Position numbers and translations under genes: made by a program | Notes under the pieces: model-generated | What the model saw: only the letters and a program-made list of their open reading frames with translations | Databases searched by the model: none | What the model was told of the DNA's origin: nothing | Source: Prevotella sp. | Lineage (GTDB): Bacteria; Bacteroidota; Bacteroidia; Bacteroidales; Bacteroidaceae | DNA: 64,000 bases | Reading direction: 5' to 3' | Assembly: GCA_050946475.1 (NCBI GenBank) | Contig: JBMNUW010000001.1 | Coordinates: forward strand, 515-64,514 | In this document: positions 1-10,900 of the stretch, one piece after another | Numbering within the stretch: the first letter of the stretch is position 1 | Layout: each line of letters starts with the position of its first letter

Positions 1-1
1 T

Positions 2-502
2 GGCTACGGACTGGCTGCACCCGGAAACGACATTGACATGCCTTTCCTGGCACATCATTGTGACGTATTCTACATCGGCGGAACCAAGGTGGGAGCTCTG
101 TGCGGCGAAGCAGTGGTATTCACTCATAACAACGGTCACCATCATTTCTTTACTATCATAAAGCAACATGGTGCTCTTATGGCCAAAGGGCGACTCAACG
201 GAATACAGTTTGACACACTGTTCACCGACGGCCTCTATTTTAATATTTCACGCCATGCCATCGATATGGCCATGAAAATGAAGGCCATATTCAAAGAAAA
301 GGGCTACGAGTTCTATATCGACTCTCCCTCCAACCAGCAGTTCATCATTCTATCAGATGCGGAGATGGAGCGACTGTCCACAGACTTCAACTTCTCACGC
401 TGGGAACGAATTGACGAGGACCGCACAATATGCCGATTCGTGACAAGTTGGGCCACAAAAGAAGAAGACATCGAAAAATTAAGGAAGAAGGTACTTGGAT
501 AA
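2..502 (+). CDS. ltaE: Low-specificity L-threonine aldolase / beta-eliminating lyase family, C-terminal part (5' end outside window)
   Basis: The frame is open from base 2. The translation GYGLAAPGNDIDMPFLAHHCDVFYIGGTKVGALCGEAVVF... contains the PLP-lysine region YIGGTK typical of threonine aldolases. Stop at 500-502. Confidence 0.8.
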   Translation, partial: GYGLAAPGNDIDMPFLAHHCDVFYIGGTKVGALCGEAVVFTHNNGHHHFFTIIKQHGALMAKGRLNGIQFDTLFTDGLYFNISRHAIDMAMKMKAIFKEKGYEFYIDSPSNQQFIILSDAEMERLSTDFNFSRWERIDEDRTICRFVTSWATKEEDIEKLRKKVLG

Positions 503-520
503 ATTTGTCCGGTCATCTTC

Positions 521-1285
521 CTACAAAGGAAACTTTATACGTCGCAACCCATTATCGGTGGGAATATCCAAAACGACGTGTGCCGAGTCGGGACTATTAG
601 TACCTGACTCGGTCTCTGTTATAGAAAGAACATCAGCAACGGGAATACTCACATAAACAGAGGTGCTATAATACTCAGGTACCCCATTCTGGTTATGACG
701 AAGCGTAAGATAATAAGTTGTGGAACCAGAGAAAAATTGTTTCACGGAATCGCACGTAAGGCCCAAGACTTGACGTTCATCCACGCCCTCTTCTTGTCCC
801 GTCTTTAATGTAAGGCGAAGATTTAGCCATTTACCCGTAGAAGACACCCATCCGCTCTCATAGCCCAACGGGTCTACACCGATACTATCTGCTCCGACTT
901 GCGGACGAAGAACGGGAACTTGACTCACGGCAATAGCTTCTACAGGCTCTTGCGACACATTATTATAATAATAGAGCAAAGCACGATAGATAGAATCCGG
1001 ACGAGTGGCCCATGTAGCACCTATCGGAGAGGAGAAAAACAAAGTGTCACCTTGATCCGTCAATGCATAATCTATCGTCGGTGCATCTGTGGAATGGGCA
1101 TCCACCAGATCAATGGTGAGATAACTGTACTTACCATCGCCCGAATCATAACTGTCCGACGAGCAAGCTGAAAGAAAAAGAAAAAGGCTGGCGCACAATC
1201 CCCCATACAGGAAAAGCAACCGACGATGAATCCGTCGACCTACTCCCTGCAACAAAAGAGGGAATTTTGCGTCAGCCTTTCGCAT
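521..1285 (-). CDS. Putative lipoprotein of unknown function (possibly NigD-like)
   Basis: ATG at 1285 gives MRKADAKF..., a hydrophobic segment and the lipobox LFLSAC. The upstream TTG/ATG extension to 1345 lacks signal-peptide logic. Family assignment is from memory only. Confidence 0.55.
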   Translation of the reverse strand: MRKADAKFPLLLQGVGRRIHRRLLFLYGGLCASLFLFLSACSSDSYDSGDGKYSYLTIDLVDAHSTDAPTIDYALTDQGDTLFFSSPIGATWATRPDSIYRALLYYYNNVSQEPVEAIAVSQVPVLRPQVGADSIGVDPLGYESGWVSSTGKWLNLRLTLKTGQEEGVDERQVLGLTCDSVKQFFSGSTTYYLTLRHNQNGVPEYYSTSVYVSIPVADVLSITETESGTNSPDSAHVVLDIPTDNGLRRIKFPL

Positions 1286-1361
1286 TTTATATAAAATATT
1301 AGAGATGACGGAGCGTGCACAGCTTCCACCATAACAGCCCGTCATTAAATTTGTTCTATTC

Positions 1362-2360
1362 TCAGAACTGATTTTCTACGATATCTGACAGCACGTCCTT
1401 GATGTCAAGACCGGCAGCACGCACCTGCTGAGGAATAAAGCTCGTAGCGGTCATGCCTGGAGTGGTGTTGATTTCAAGCATATTAATGACATCTCCTCCG
1501 TCCTTGTCCTTCGAAATGATATAGTCAATACGAATGATGCCATTAGCATGAAGAATATCGTAAATCTTACTCGTCTCCTCTGCCACGCGGCGTGCGGTCT
1601 CCTCTGACATACGAGCTGGGGTGATTTCCTGCACCTGTCCATTGTATTTCGCATCATAGTCGAAGAACTCATTTTTCGTCACAACCTCGGTGGCTGGGAA
1701 TACGACAGACTTGTCAGCAGTCTTGTAGACGCCCTGAGAAATTTCCATACCTACCATGCAACCCTCCACCATCACTTCATCACACTCCATGAAAGCAACA
1801 CGAAGAGCCGGGGCAAGTTGATCTGCATTCTTCACTTTCGACACACCAAAGCTGGAACCGTCAGCAGCCGGCTTGACAAAGACAGGCATACCCAGACGGC
1901 GCTCTATTTCGTTCTCGTCATACTGCTGGCCACGTCGCAACAGAATGCTGTCAGCCACACGGATACCGAAACCACGCAGATAGTTGTTGAGAACATACTT
2001 GTTGAAGGTAAGGGCCTCCACCAACACGCCACTTGTTGAATAAGGCAGGTGGATAAGGTCGAAATATCCCTGCATCATGCCGTTCTCACCGGGTGTACCG
2101 TGAATGGTGATATATGCGTAATCGAACACCACAGCTTTACCGTCACGTCCGACAAAGGAAAAATCGTTCTTATCAATACGGGCCACCTCGCCGTTTTCAT
2201 AATTAACGTGCCAGTCGATACCTTTTACGTCAACGATGTACACATTGTAACGCTCCTTGTCGAAGAAGGAATACAGGCCCTGCGCAGAACGCAGCGATAC
2301 GTCGTGCTCCGATGAGTCACCGCCGCAGACGATGGCAATGTTTCTTTTTAGTTTTTCCAT
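1362..2360 (-). CDS. ddl: D-alanine--D-alanine ligase
   Basis: 332-aa ORF with ATP-grasp Ddl hallmarks: IAIVCGGDSSEHDVS at the N-terminus and LEINTTPGMT near the C-terminus. Confidence 0.95.
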   Translation of the reverse strand: MEKLKRNIAIVCGGDSSEHDVSLRSAQGLYSFFDKERYNVYIVDVKGIDWHVNYENGEVARIDKNDFSFVGRDGKAVVFDYAYITIHGTPGENGMMQGYFDLIHLPYSTSGVLVEALTFNKYVLNNYLRGFGIRVADSILLRRGQQYDENEIERRLGMPVFVKPAADGSSFGVSKVKNADQLAPALRVAFMECDEVMVEGCMVGMEISQGVYKTADKSVVFPATEVVTKNEFFDYDAKYNGQVQEITPARMSEETARRVAEETSKIYDILHANGIIRIDYIISKDKDGGDVINMLEINTTPGMTATSFIPQQVRAAGLDIKDVLSDIVENQF

Positions 2361-2469
2361 GAATGCTATTTAATTTCTGTTCTTTTGCTTTATTATTAAA
2401 TGGTGTATCCCATAAAATCTTGCTTTCACCTTTCCTAAAAGGAAATTTACTAATATAAATTATGCCTTT

Positions 2470-3597
2470 CTATTCTTCATCGGAAAAGGTGTTACGCGTG
2501 GAACCGGCTATAAACTGACGCCATTTTGCAATGAGTGCGGCAAAATCATCAGGCCAGTCTGAAGAGAAGTCCATCTGCTCTCCAGTTATGGGATGCACGA
2601 AACCTAGCGTCCGAGCGTGAAGTGCCTGCCGCGGGCACAACTTGAAGCAGTTCTGTATGAAAGCTTTGTACGATGAACTGCGCTGTCCACGCAGAATCTC
2701 AGTCCCGCCATAACGCTCATCGGCGAAGAGGGGATGGCCGATATGTTTCATGTGAGCGCGTATTTGATGAGTACGTCCAGTCTCAAGAACACATTCCACC
2801 AGCGTGGTATAGCCAAAGCGCTCCAGGACACGGTAGTGTGTTACAGCTGATTTTCCTATTCCTGAGCCAGGTGCAAACACCTTCATGCGCAGCCTGTCCT
2901 TCGGATCACGCGCAATATTTCCCTCAATAGTACCGCTATCTTCTACAAAGTTACCCCATACAAGAGCATTGTAAGAGCGATGCGTCGTCTTATTGTAAAA
3001 CTGCTTTCCAAGAGCTGTCTTAGCTTCGGCAGTCTTTGCGATAACAAGCAGTCCACTGGTATCCTTGTCAATACGGTGCACAAGCCCCACCTCCGGGTCA
3101 TTGGGGTCGAAGCTCTTTAAGTCGCGCAAATGCCAGGCTACGGCATTGATAAGCGTGCCCGAGAAGTTGCCTGCTCCCGGATGAACAACCATGCCGGCCG
3201 GCTTATTGACTACCATCAACGCGTCATCCTCATACACTACATTGAGGGGTATATTTTCGGCATGAATGGTGGTATCGTGCTTAGGACGGTCGAACATAAG
3301 CGTCAACACGTCACCCGGACGCACCTTGTAGTTGCTCTTCACCGCCTTACCATTGGACCAGATACAACCCGCCTCAGCAGCCATCTGTATCCGATTACGA
3401 CTGGAATGTTGTAAATGCTCGGCGAGATACTTGTCGATTCGCTGAGGTGCCTGTCCCTCGTCCACCGTACCACGCCAATGTTCATAGCGTCCGGCAGTGT
3501 CGTCGGGATGGGTTATTGCCTCATCGTCGACACCGTTGGTGTCGATTTCCAAGATCTCATCGTCCAGCAAATCAATATTGTCGTTGTATTCTGTCAT
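2470..3597 (-). CDS. rluD: RluA-family 23S rRNA pseudouridine synthase (RluD-like) with S4 domain
   Basis: Catalytic motif HRIDKDTSGLL and GRTHQIRAH. S4-like RIDKYLAEHL region. ATG at 3595-3597. Confidence 0.9.
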   Translation of the reverse strand: MTEYNDNIDLLDDEILEIDTNGVDDEAITHPDDTAGRYEHWRGTVDEGQAPQRIDKYLAEHLQHSSRNRIQMAAEAGCIWSNGKAVKSNYKVRPGDVLTLMFDRPKHDTTIHAENIPLNVVYEDDALMVVNKPAGMVVHPGAGNFSGTLINAVAWHLRDLKSFDPNDPEVGLVHRIDKDTSGLLVIAKTAEAKTALGKQFYNKTTHRSYNALVWGNFVEDSGTIEGNIARDPKDRLRMKVFAPGSGIGKSAVTHYRVLERFGYTTLVECVLETGRTHQIRAHMKHIGHPLFADERYGGTEILRGQRSSSYKAFIQNCFKLCPRQALHARTLGFVHPITGEQMDFSSDWPDDFAALIAKWRQFIAGSTRNTFSDEE

Positions 3598-3701
3598 GAA
3601 CAGTATATTCTATGAATTTATGAAGGTGGAATTTCCCGCCATTTAGTATCCAATGTCACGTGGCAGTCTCACTTATTCTGCTATCTTCATCAGACAGTTG
3701 C

Positions 3702-4457
3702 TCATTCTTTGGTAGTTTTCGGGGTGTTATGAGGAACCGGTTCGCTCTTAGTCGGAGTTTCTGGAGTAGAAGGCATCGTTTCTGCGGGTTCGGGTTCAGG
3801 CGGCGTAGTCACCTCCTGGAAAGGGTCTTCCTCCCCACCCTCTTCCAGATCTTCATCAAATTCAGGTTCGGGATCAATATAGTCCACCGAATCGGAAGCA
3901 TCACGCAGTCCGTTGCCCACCTGAATAGTAAGTACGGCATCTACCGATATCTTGTCACCATAGACCACATGACGTCCATTGACGAGAATGCCATAAACCC
4001 AGTCCTTCTCTCCTGGTACAAACTGTGGTGTCCCTAACTTGAAACCCATTGCCGAGAGCTTTGCCATGGCCTCACGCAGTGAACTGTTGTCAATAACATC
4101 GGGCAAAGTAATGGTTGGTGATTCGGTGGCATTGATAATGACATAAACAATATGCCCCGGTTTCACCTTCAGTCCAGCCTCGGGCGTCTGCTCCAGAATA
4201 CAGTCGGGTGGAAGAGTTCGCACATAGCCGGTATCGCTCACCTCAATGCGCAAGCCGGCGTTCTCAAGAATAGCTTTTGCATCGTCAAATTTTTTGTATT
4301 TCAAATTGGGAATCATCACAGCCTCGCCATGATGGGTGTAGAGATCCAGGCCGTAAGCCGTCCCAAGACACAACAGTACCACCACAGCAGCCATAGCTGC
4401 AAGGTTGCCCCAAAGATATTTGCTTTTGAACTTATTGAAAAATTCAGAAGTGGTCAT
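3702..4457 (-). CDS. PASTA domain-containing membrane protein
   Basis: N-terminal TM segment (LWGNLAAMAAVVVLLCLG), then PASTA-like modules and a Pro/Glu-rich tail. ATG 4457 is preferred over GTG 4475, because a TAACTTTG -7 box occupies 4475-4482. Confidence 0.75.
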   Translation of the reverse strand: MTTSEFFNKFKSKYLWGNLAAMAAVVVLLCLGTAYGLDLYTHHGEAVMIPNLKYKKFDDAKAILENAGLRIEVSDTGYVRTLPPDCILEQTPEAGLKVKPGHIVYVIINATESPTITLPDVIDNSSLREAMAKLSAMGFKLGTPQFVPGEKDWVYGILVNGRHVVYGDKISVDAVLTIQVGNGLRDASDSVDYIDPEPEFDEDLEEGGEEDPFQEVTTPPEPEPAETMPSTPETPTKSEPVPHNTPKTTKE

Positions 4458-4474
4458 CGCTTGATAATTTTGCA

Positions 4475-4482
4475 CAAAGTTA
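4475..4482 (-). promoter_or_regulatory. Bacteroidota-type -7 promoter element (TAACTTTG) for the PASTA-rluD-ddl genes
   Basis: The + strand reads CAAAGTTA, which matches the TAnnTTTG consensus on the minus strand. It ends 18 nt upstream of ATG 4457. Confidence 0.45.
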
Positions 4483-4537
4483 CTGCAAATATGCGGAATA
4501 ACACGCTAAAAAGCCAAAATTTATTGAAGAACGTACG

Positions 4538-4577
4538 AAAAAAGGGGAGTAAGCTTGAGCGGCTCACTCCCCTTTTT
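4538..4577 (-). terminator. Rho-independent (bidirectional-looking) terminator downstream of the HMA gene
   Basis: Stem GGGGAGT (4544-4550) pairs with ACTCCCC (4566-4572). It is flanked by an A-run on the left and a T-run on the right. Confidence 0.65.
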
Positions 4578-4719
4578 CTATCATTTTAATTACGCGAAAG
4601 TCCGGTATCTATTGCATCATTTGCCAAAGCAGAATAATGACCACTCTTCGTCTGATAAAGACGCCAGCGATTCTGCCATGACTTGGAATGGAACTGACTA
4701 TCCGTAAAAAAGCTGTCTG

Positions 4720-5085
4720 TTACATATAACTGCAGTGCGATCCATGCATTCTCGTAGCATTACCCCGGTACCTGCAACAACTGGGTATCCTGCTGTAAGC
4801 CTTGGCGGAAGCCTTTACGGAACCGGCATCATGGCCGACAGCAGCGATAGCTCTCTGTACTTTGGCAGGAGTAGTCTTCTTATTGTCATAGACCAGAACT
4901 AATTTTTGGGTTCTCATATTCCAAGAAGCGGAAAGAACGCCAGGCACTGACTTGGCAGCATTCTCTATACGCTGCTCGCACAAATCACATAGTCCCGACA
5001 CTTTGAAAGTTGTCTTAACGGTCTTGGCTTGTGCTGCAACACTCATGGTTATCATTGCCAAAAGGGCAAACATTGTCTTTTTCAT
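4720..5085 (-). CDS. Secreted heavy-metal-associated (HMA) domain protein
   Basis: Signal peptide MKKTMFALLAMITMSVAAQA. HMA-like FKVSGLCDLCEQRIE with CxxC. Cys/His-rich tail SCCRYRGNATRMHGSHC. Confidence 0.7.
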   Translation of the reverse strand: MKKTMFALLAMITMSVAAQAKTVKTTFKVSGLCDLCEQRIENAAKSVPGVLSASWNMRTQKLVLVYDNKKTTPAKVQRAIAAVGHDAGSVKASAKAYSRIPSCCRYRGNATRMHGSHCSYM

Positions 5086-5222
5086 CTTTTGTTATCTTTA
5101 AATGATTTTACTTTGTTATCTATTTTGTCTGTATTGTTGTTACCTCACATAGGGCACCTATGGATGCCACATTTACTTATTAGACGATATAGCATCCATA
5201 AGTTTACTGCCCTTGATAATAT

Positions 5223-6479
5223 TTAACGATTCATCATGCTCCGCTTGCCCTCAAGTTGTGCGCTGGCATCAATGGCAAAGGCTCCGTTGGTGACAATTTC
5301 CTCGCCCTCAGCAAGTCCGTCGGTGATGACATAGCTGTCGGGCAGCGAAGGTCCGAGCGTTACTTCACGCAGATGGAACACGGGCATTCCGCCGTCCTCG
5401 TCCTTCACATAAACCACGCTACGCTTACCCGTCCAAAGTACAGCACTCTTCGGTACGACAATGTCACCACTGTACTGTGAAAGACGGGCTGCAGCCACAC
5501 CCGTGACTATCATCTCGGGCTTGAAGAGACCGCCAGCATTGTTCATCACTACGCGCACACCCGCTGTCCGACTTTTGGCATCCAATACCGGGTCGATGAA
5601 GCTGACACGTCCACGGAAGGTACGACCGGGCATAGCCTCGCTGGTGAACTGAATTTCCGCTCCGCGATGTACGAAGGGCAGGTCGCTTTCGTAGGCTTGG
5701 AACACTACCCAGACGGAAGAGAGATCAGCTATCTTGAGAAGTGGCTGTCCCTGCTTGACATAGTCACCAGGGCTGACATTTTTCTCTACTACTGTGCCGG
5801 AAGTGTTTGCCTTCAGCGGCATATAGGGCGATGCTTTACGCGTACGGACAATCTCATTAATCTGAGCCGTTGTCACATTCAGTAACCGGAGCTTCTCCTT
5901 GGCGGCCTCCACAAGAGCCGCACGCTGATTGCCGTCGGGAAAATGAAGCGCCGCCACGAGTTCCTGCTCAGCAGTATAGAGCGATGGAGAGTAAATCACC
6001 GCAAGGGTCTGTCCACGACTTACATGGTCGCCTACGGCACTGATCATCAGTCGTTCAATGCGGCCTTCCACATAGGCGGCCTGACTCTGTTCGAGTCGCT
6101 GATCAGGCTCCACCTTCCCGAAGAGTCTCACTTCCTTACTCGTGCTGCCACTGCCCACCACCTGTGTCTCCACATTGGCCAGGGCGAGAGCTTCCTCACT
6201 AAGCATCACGGCGTCGGGGTCGGAATGCATCGTGGAACCGCCTTCGTGCTTCTGGCCCACAGGGATAAGATCCATACCACAGATGGGGCACTTACCGGGA
6301 TGGTCCTGTCGTATCTGGGGGTGCATGGAGCAGGTGTACATCGTCTTCTTTACCTCTGACGTATCACCGTTGGAACTTCTTCCGTTCACCGCAACAACAA
6401 TCACTACAACCGCCAAAAGGACTATTGCCAGCACAGTGGCAAGACGATGGCGGGAAATATATTGCAATAGTTTCTTCAT
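5223..6479 (-). CDS. cusB: Efflux RND periplasmic adaptor (CusB-like) with N-terminal heavy-metal-binding domain
   Basis: ATG at 6479 gives MKKLLQYISRH plus a TM segment. Motif YTCSMHPQIRQDHPGKCPICGMDL, followed by a membrane-fusion-protein body. Confidence 0.88.
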   Translation of the reverse strand: MKKLLQYISRHRLATVLAIVLLAVVVIVVAVNGRSSNGDTSEVKKTMYTCSMHPQIRQDHPGKCPICGMDLIPVGQKHEGGSTMHSDPDAVMLSEEALALANVETQVVGSGSTSKEVRLFGKVEPDQRLEQSQAAYVEGRIERLMISAVGDHVSRGQTLAVIYSPSLYTAEQELVAALHFPDGNQRAALVEAAKEKLRLLNVTTAQINEIVRTRKASPYMPLKANTSGTVVEKNVSPGDYVKQGQPLLKIADLSSVWVVFQAYESDLPFVHRGAEIQFTSEAMPGRTFRGRVSFIDPVLDAKSRTAGVRVVMNNAGGLFKPEMIVTGVAAARLSQYSGDIVVPKSAVLWTGKRSVVYVKDEDGGMPVFHLREVTLGPSLPDSYVITDGLAEGEEIVTNGAFAIDASAQLEGKRSMMNR

Positions 6480-6492
6480 AACTTTGAATAGA

Positions 6493-7923
6493 TTAATGAT
6501 TTTCTTTCTCCGCACGTTTTGCGTAATCGTGCCTGGCGGCGAGCTGTTCCAGTTCGGCAGCCACCGTGTTATATTCTGCGTAGGCCTCAGCCTTCTTGAG
6601 CGCATAGTCTATCTGCTCTCGAAGCGTCTGAAGCAAGTCTGTGAGCGGTGTGCTTCCGGCAACATACTCATCTCGCATGAGCGCTAATGTGCGATCGAGC
6701 AGACGTGTTTCCTCATCATAGAGTTTCACCTTCCGTTCAACATCCTCAGCTTGCTGCTCTATCCCAAGGTAACGGCTCTGCAGGTCGTCCTCACGCCGTA
6801 GTCCGCTGAACTGTGCTCCTTCCCTAAGGAGCCGTGCGCTCTTACGTGCCATGTTGGTCTTGCGGCGATAGATGGGCAGCGTCACCTTCAACATAGGCAT
6901 CAGCATGTCCTGCCCGTTCATATTGGCCATCTGCGGCATGTCCACCTTACTATTGAGCATATATTCCACGCCCACGCCAATCATAGGCATTCCCTGGCTC
7001 TTAGCACGTTTTTCCTGAGCTTCAAGAGCCTTCTCCTCAGCCTGAATCTGAGCCAGGCCGGGGTCGTCGGCGAGCACCTGTTGCCAATTTAGCACAGGCA
7101 GTTGCCGGAGTAACAAACTATCGGGCAATATGAGCGGCGAATCGGCCTTTCGATGCAGGGTAAGATTGAACTGCTGCTGTTGCAGACGTAGCTGGTCAGC
7201 AAGACTCTGCTGCTGCTCCTCCAATCGTTTGTCCTCGGCTTCCAATCTCAGTTGGTCGCTCATGCGCGCGTTCTTACCCGACATGGCCGACTTATACTGA
7301 TAGACAGCCACCTTACGAATGTCGGTCAGCAAACGGCGCTGCTCCTCCACACTGCGTATTTTCTCACGTTGGGCAAGCATGGCATACCACTGACGCTGCA
7401 GATCAAAAGCCAGATCAATGGCCTGTTGACGGAATTTCTGATAGGCTGCCTCAGCCTGATACTCCATCTGCTGGCGATCAGCTTTCAGCGTGCCGAACCA
7501 GGGGAACATCTGCATCAGCGAGAAGGTAGCCACCTGTTTTCCGTTGACATGCATCATCTTTTCGGGAAAATACCCCACGCTCAGTTCTGGGTCATTGAGC
7601 ACGCCCGCTCCACGGGCACCCGCCACTTTCGCCTCGTAGTTGCGATAGAGACTCATCAGAGCGGGATTGTTGTTCACTGCTGAGAGGATATAGGTGTTCA
7701 GGCTATCGGGCTGGGTCGGCGCGGGCTCTGTTGTTCCGGAAGCTACGGATAATCCGGACTTTCCGGGCATTCCAGGCGATGCGGCTGCTCCCAAAGGTGC
7801 CATGCAGAGGGCGATGAGAGCGGCTGCAAGCAGGCAGGTCTGCCGGTTCAACCCTGCTGCACACACCTTATAATATATATAGGCCATCGGACAGGCCCAT
7901 CGGTCAAACTTTCTGTAATTCAT
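6493..7923 (-). CDS. TolC-family outer membrane efflux protein
   Basis: 476-aa ORF with coiled-coil-rich two-repeat OMF architecture. ATG 7923 overlaps the cusA stop by 20 nt. An alternative ATG lies at 7887. Confidence 0.85.
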   Translation of the reverse strand: MNYRKFDRWACPMAYIYYKVCAAGLNRQTCLLAAALIALCMAPLGAAASPGMPGKSGLSVASGTTEPAPTQPDSLNTYILSAVNNNPALMSLYRNYEAKVAGARGAGVLNDPELSVGYFPEKMMHVNGKQVATFSLMQMFPWFGTLKADRQQMEYQAEAAYQKFRQQAIDLAFDLQRQWYAMLAQREKIRSVEEQRRLLTDIRKVAVYQYKSAMSGKNARMSDQLRLEAEDKRLEEQQQSLADQLRLQQQQFNLTLHRKADSPLILPDSLLLRQLPVLNWQQVLADDPGLAQIQAEEKALEAQEKRAKSQGMPMIGVGVEYMLNSKVDMPQMANMNGQDMLMPMLKVTLPIYRRKTNMARKSARLLREGAQFSGLRREDDLQSRYLGIEQQAEDVERKVKLYDEETRLLDRTLALMRDEYVAGSTPLTDLLQTLREQIDYALKKAEAYAEYNTVAAELEQLAARHDYAKRAEKENH

Positions 7924-10900
7924 TTTCTTCGATTTTTTGAGGATGTTTCTTTATCTTCGACTCTCTCCACCAGCACTGCAGCACAGGCACCACAAACATA
8001 GTGATGGTCTGGATGAGCATTCCTCCGAATGTGGGGATGCTCATCGGCACCATGATGTCGGAGCCTTTTCCAGTGCTGCTCAGTACGGGCAGCAAGGCGA
8101 TGAGTGTGGTGGCGGTCGTCATACAGGCTGCACGCACACGCCGCTTTCCGGCAATGACCACAGCCTCCTTGATGTCATGCCGAGTCTGTGGCTTCAGACG
8201 CTGGAAGGTCTGATGAATATAGGTTCCCATGAGGACGCCGTCATCGGTGGCAACTCCAAACAGGGCGATGAATCCCACCCACACGGCTACACTCAGATTG
8301 ATTTGTCCCATGCCAAAGAGAGTACGCATATTGACGCCAGCTATCTCGAAGTTCATGAACCAAGGCTGTCCATAGAGCCACATCAGCATAAAGCCCCCCG
8401 CGAAGGCCACAAACACACCGGAGAAGTGAATCATGGAAGCCGTAATACTCTTGAACTGCATATAGAGAATAAGGAAAATGAGCATCAGTGCCACAGGGAT
8501 AACCACGGTAAGTCGCTTGGCGGCATGCTCCTGCTGCTCATAGGTACCCGTGAACTTGTAGGACACGCCACGAGGCAACTCTATTTTATGAGACGCCACA
8601 AGCTGGTCGATATGCTTGCGGGCGGCATTCACTACGTCCACTTCCGCCTTATTGCCTTGTTTGTCGAAGGTAATGTAGCCCACGAGGAAGGTGTTCTCGC
8701 TCTGTATCATTGTGGCTCCTGGCACAAAGCGGAACGATGCCAGTTGACCCAGAGGAATTTGGGTGCCGTCGGCGGCGGGAACGAGAATCTGGCGCAGAGC
8801 GTCAGGGTCGTCACGAAGTTCGCGGGCATAGCGCACTCGGATGGGGAAGCGCTCCCTGCCTTCCACGGTGTTGCCCTCTTCCATGCCGCCGATGGCGGTC
8901 TCGATGACCTGTTGCACGGTGCCAATCTGAATGCCGTACCTGCCCAGCTTCTCGCGGTCAGGCTCTATCTCGATGTAAGGCGCTCCCTGGGCACGGTCGT
9001 AGTAGACAGAAGCGGAATTGATGTCGCCCACCTCCTTGAGTGTGCGTTCCATCTGAAGTCCCACCCGGTCGATGGTCTCCAGGTCGGGTCCATAGACCTT
9101 CAGACCCATCGGGGCCTTCATTCCCGTGGAGAGCATCACCTGACGGGTGGCAATGGGCTGCAGCTTCGGACTGCCGGTGATACCGGGAAGTTGCGTCACC
9201 CGTGTTATCTCCTCCCAGATGTCATCCTCGGTGCGAATCTCGGGTCGCCACTGACGGAAGTAGTCGCCATGCTTGTCGGGCACAAGACTGTCTTGCGGAA
9301 TGGCGCGGAACCTCTCTTTAGGGTCAAACCACGCTCCGCTGCGCAGCAGGAATCTTCCCTTCGAATCGGTCTTGAAGCGTGCACGGTGACCGTCGGCGTC
9401 GAGCATATATTCCGGCTTGTAATTGATGGTGGTCTCATACATCTGTATCGGAGCGGGGTCAAGCGCACTCTCAGCACGTCCCCATTTTCCCACCGCTGAC
9501 TCTATTTCCGGAATGGAGAGCAACCGCCGGTCTATCTGCCGGCATAACCGCAGATTCTCCTCCACACCGCTGTGGGGCATACTTGTGGGCATGAGCATGA
9601 AAGTGCCCTCGTCGAGCGTAGGCATGAACTCGCTGCCTGTGCGCTTCCACACCCAGGCGCCAAAGACCAGGAATGCCAACGGCAGAGACATGAAGAGCAA
9701 CCGATGGTCAAGACACCAGCGCAGCAACCGCTCATAATGGATGACCAGCAACCACAGCAACGACAACACCAGTGCGATGATACCGAGGACGAAGAGCAGA
9801 TTGAGGAACATTCCGTTTTCAGGTCCCAAGGGCAGCCACATTGCCGTAAGCTCATAGGCGGCGAAAAGCACGATGACTGCCATGAGCAGTTTGTTCCATT
9901 CTATCGTGAAACGACCCAGACGGAAGGTCTTGCCCGGTTTGCGGTGGAACAGGCGCAATGCCCATCGGCGCGGCAGCCGCAGAGAGAACACCCAGTAGGC
10001 CAGTGTAGGCAGTACCACAAGTCCTAAGAGCAGAGCTGACAACAGCGCAAAGGTCTTGGTGAAGGCTAAGGGATGGAACATCTTTCCCTCCTGGGCCTGC
10101 ATGGCAAAGACGGGAAGGAAACTGATAATCGTTGTGCCCATACCCGTCATCACAGCTGAGGAAACTTCTATGACGCTGTCGAGGATGAGTTTTTCCAGTT
10201 GGGTGCCTTGCAGGTTGTCACGGGCGGGAGCGCCGTCTTCTGCATGTTCGGGAAGGGCTTCTATGTGGCGCACCACGTTCTCCATAAACACCACGCCGAC
10301 ATCCACCATCACACCGATGGCAATGGCGATACCGCTCAGGGCTACCACATTGGCTTCGACACCGGTCAGTTTCATGATGATGAAAGTAGAGAGAACGGCC
10401 AACGGCAACATGGCAGAAATGACCACGGAGGCACGGAGATTGAGCACCAGGATAAGCACCACAATAATACAGATGAGCACTTCATGACTGAGCGAGCTTT
10501 CGAGGGTACCGATGGTCTCCTTAATGAGTTGAGTACGGTCGTAGAACGGCACCACCGTGACTTTCGAGACGGTGCCGTCGGCGAGTTTCTTCTCGGGCAT
10601 ACCGGCATCCATCTCACGTATCTTTGCCTTCACATTGTTGATGACCTCCATGGGATTGCTGCCGTAGCGTGCCACGACAACACCGCCCACAGCTTCCTGG
10701 CCCTCCTTGTCAAGGCCACCGCGACGGTCAGCGGGACCAAACGACACACGGGCTACGTCGCGCACTCGTACTGGCACCCCGTCGTGACTGGTTATGGCGG
10801 CGTTCTCCAAATCGGCGAGGCGCTTGACATAACCAAGTCCGCGGATGATATATTCGGCACGGTTGATTTCCATCGTTCCCGCGCCTACATCAATATTTGA

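Noticed and set aside
7937-9499. 520-aa plus-strand ORF (and several other 60-230-aa ORFs) inside the cusA region
   Set aside because: It is antisense to a full-length, motif-rich CusA reading frame. Its His/Gly/Arg-rich low-complexity translation is typical of shadow ORFs. There is no start context or promoter box.
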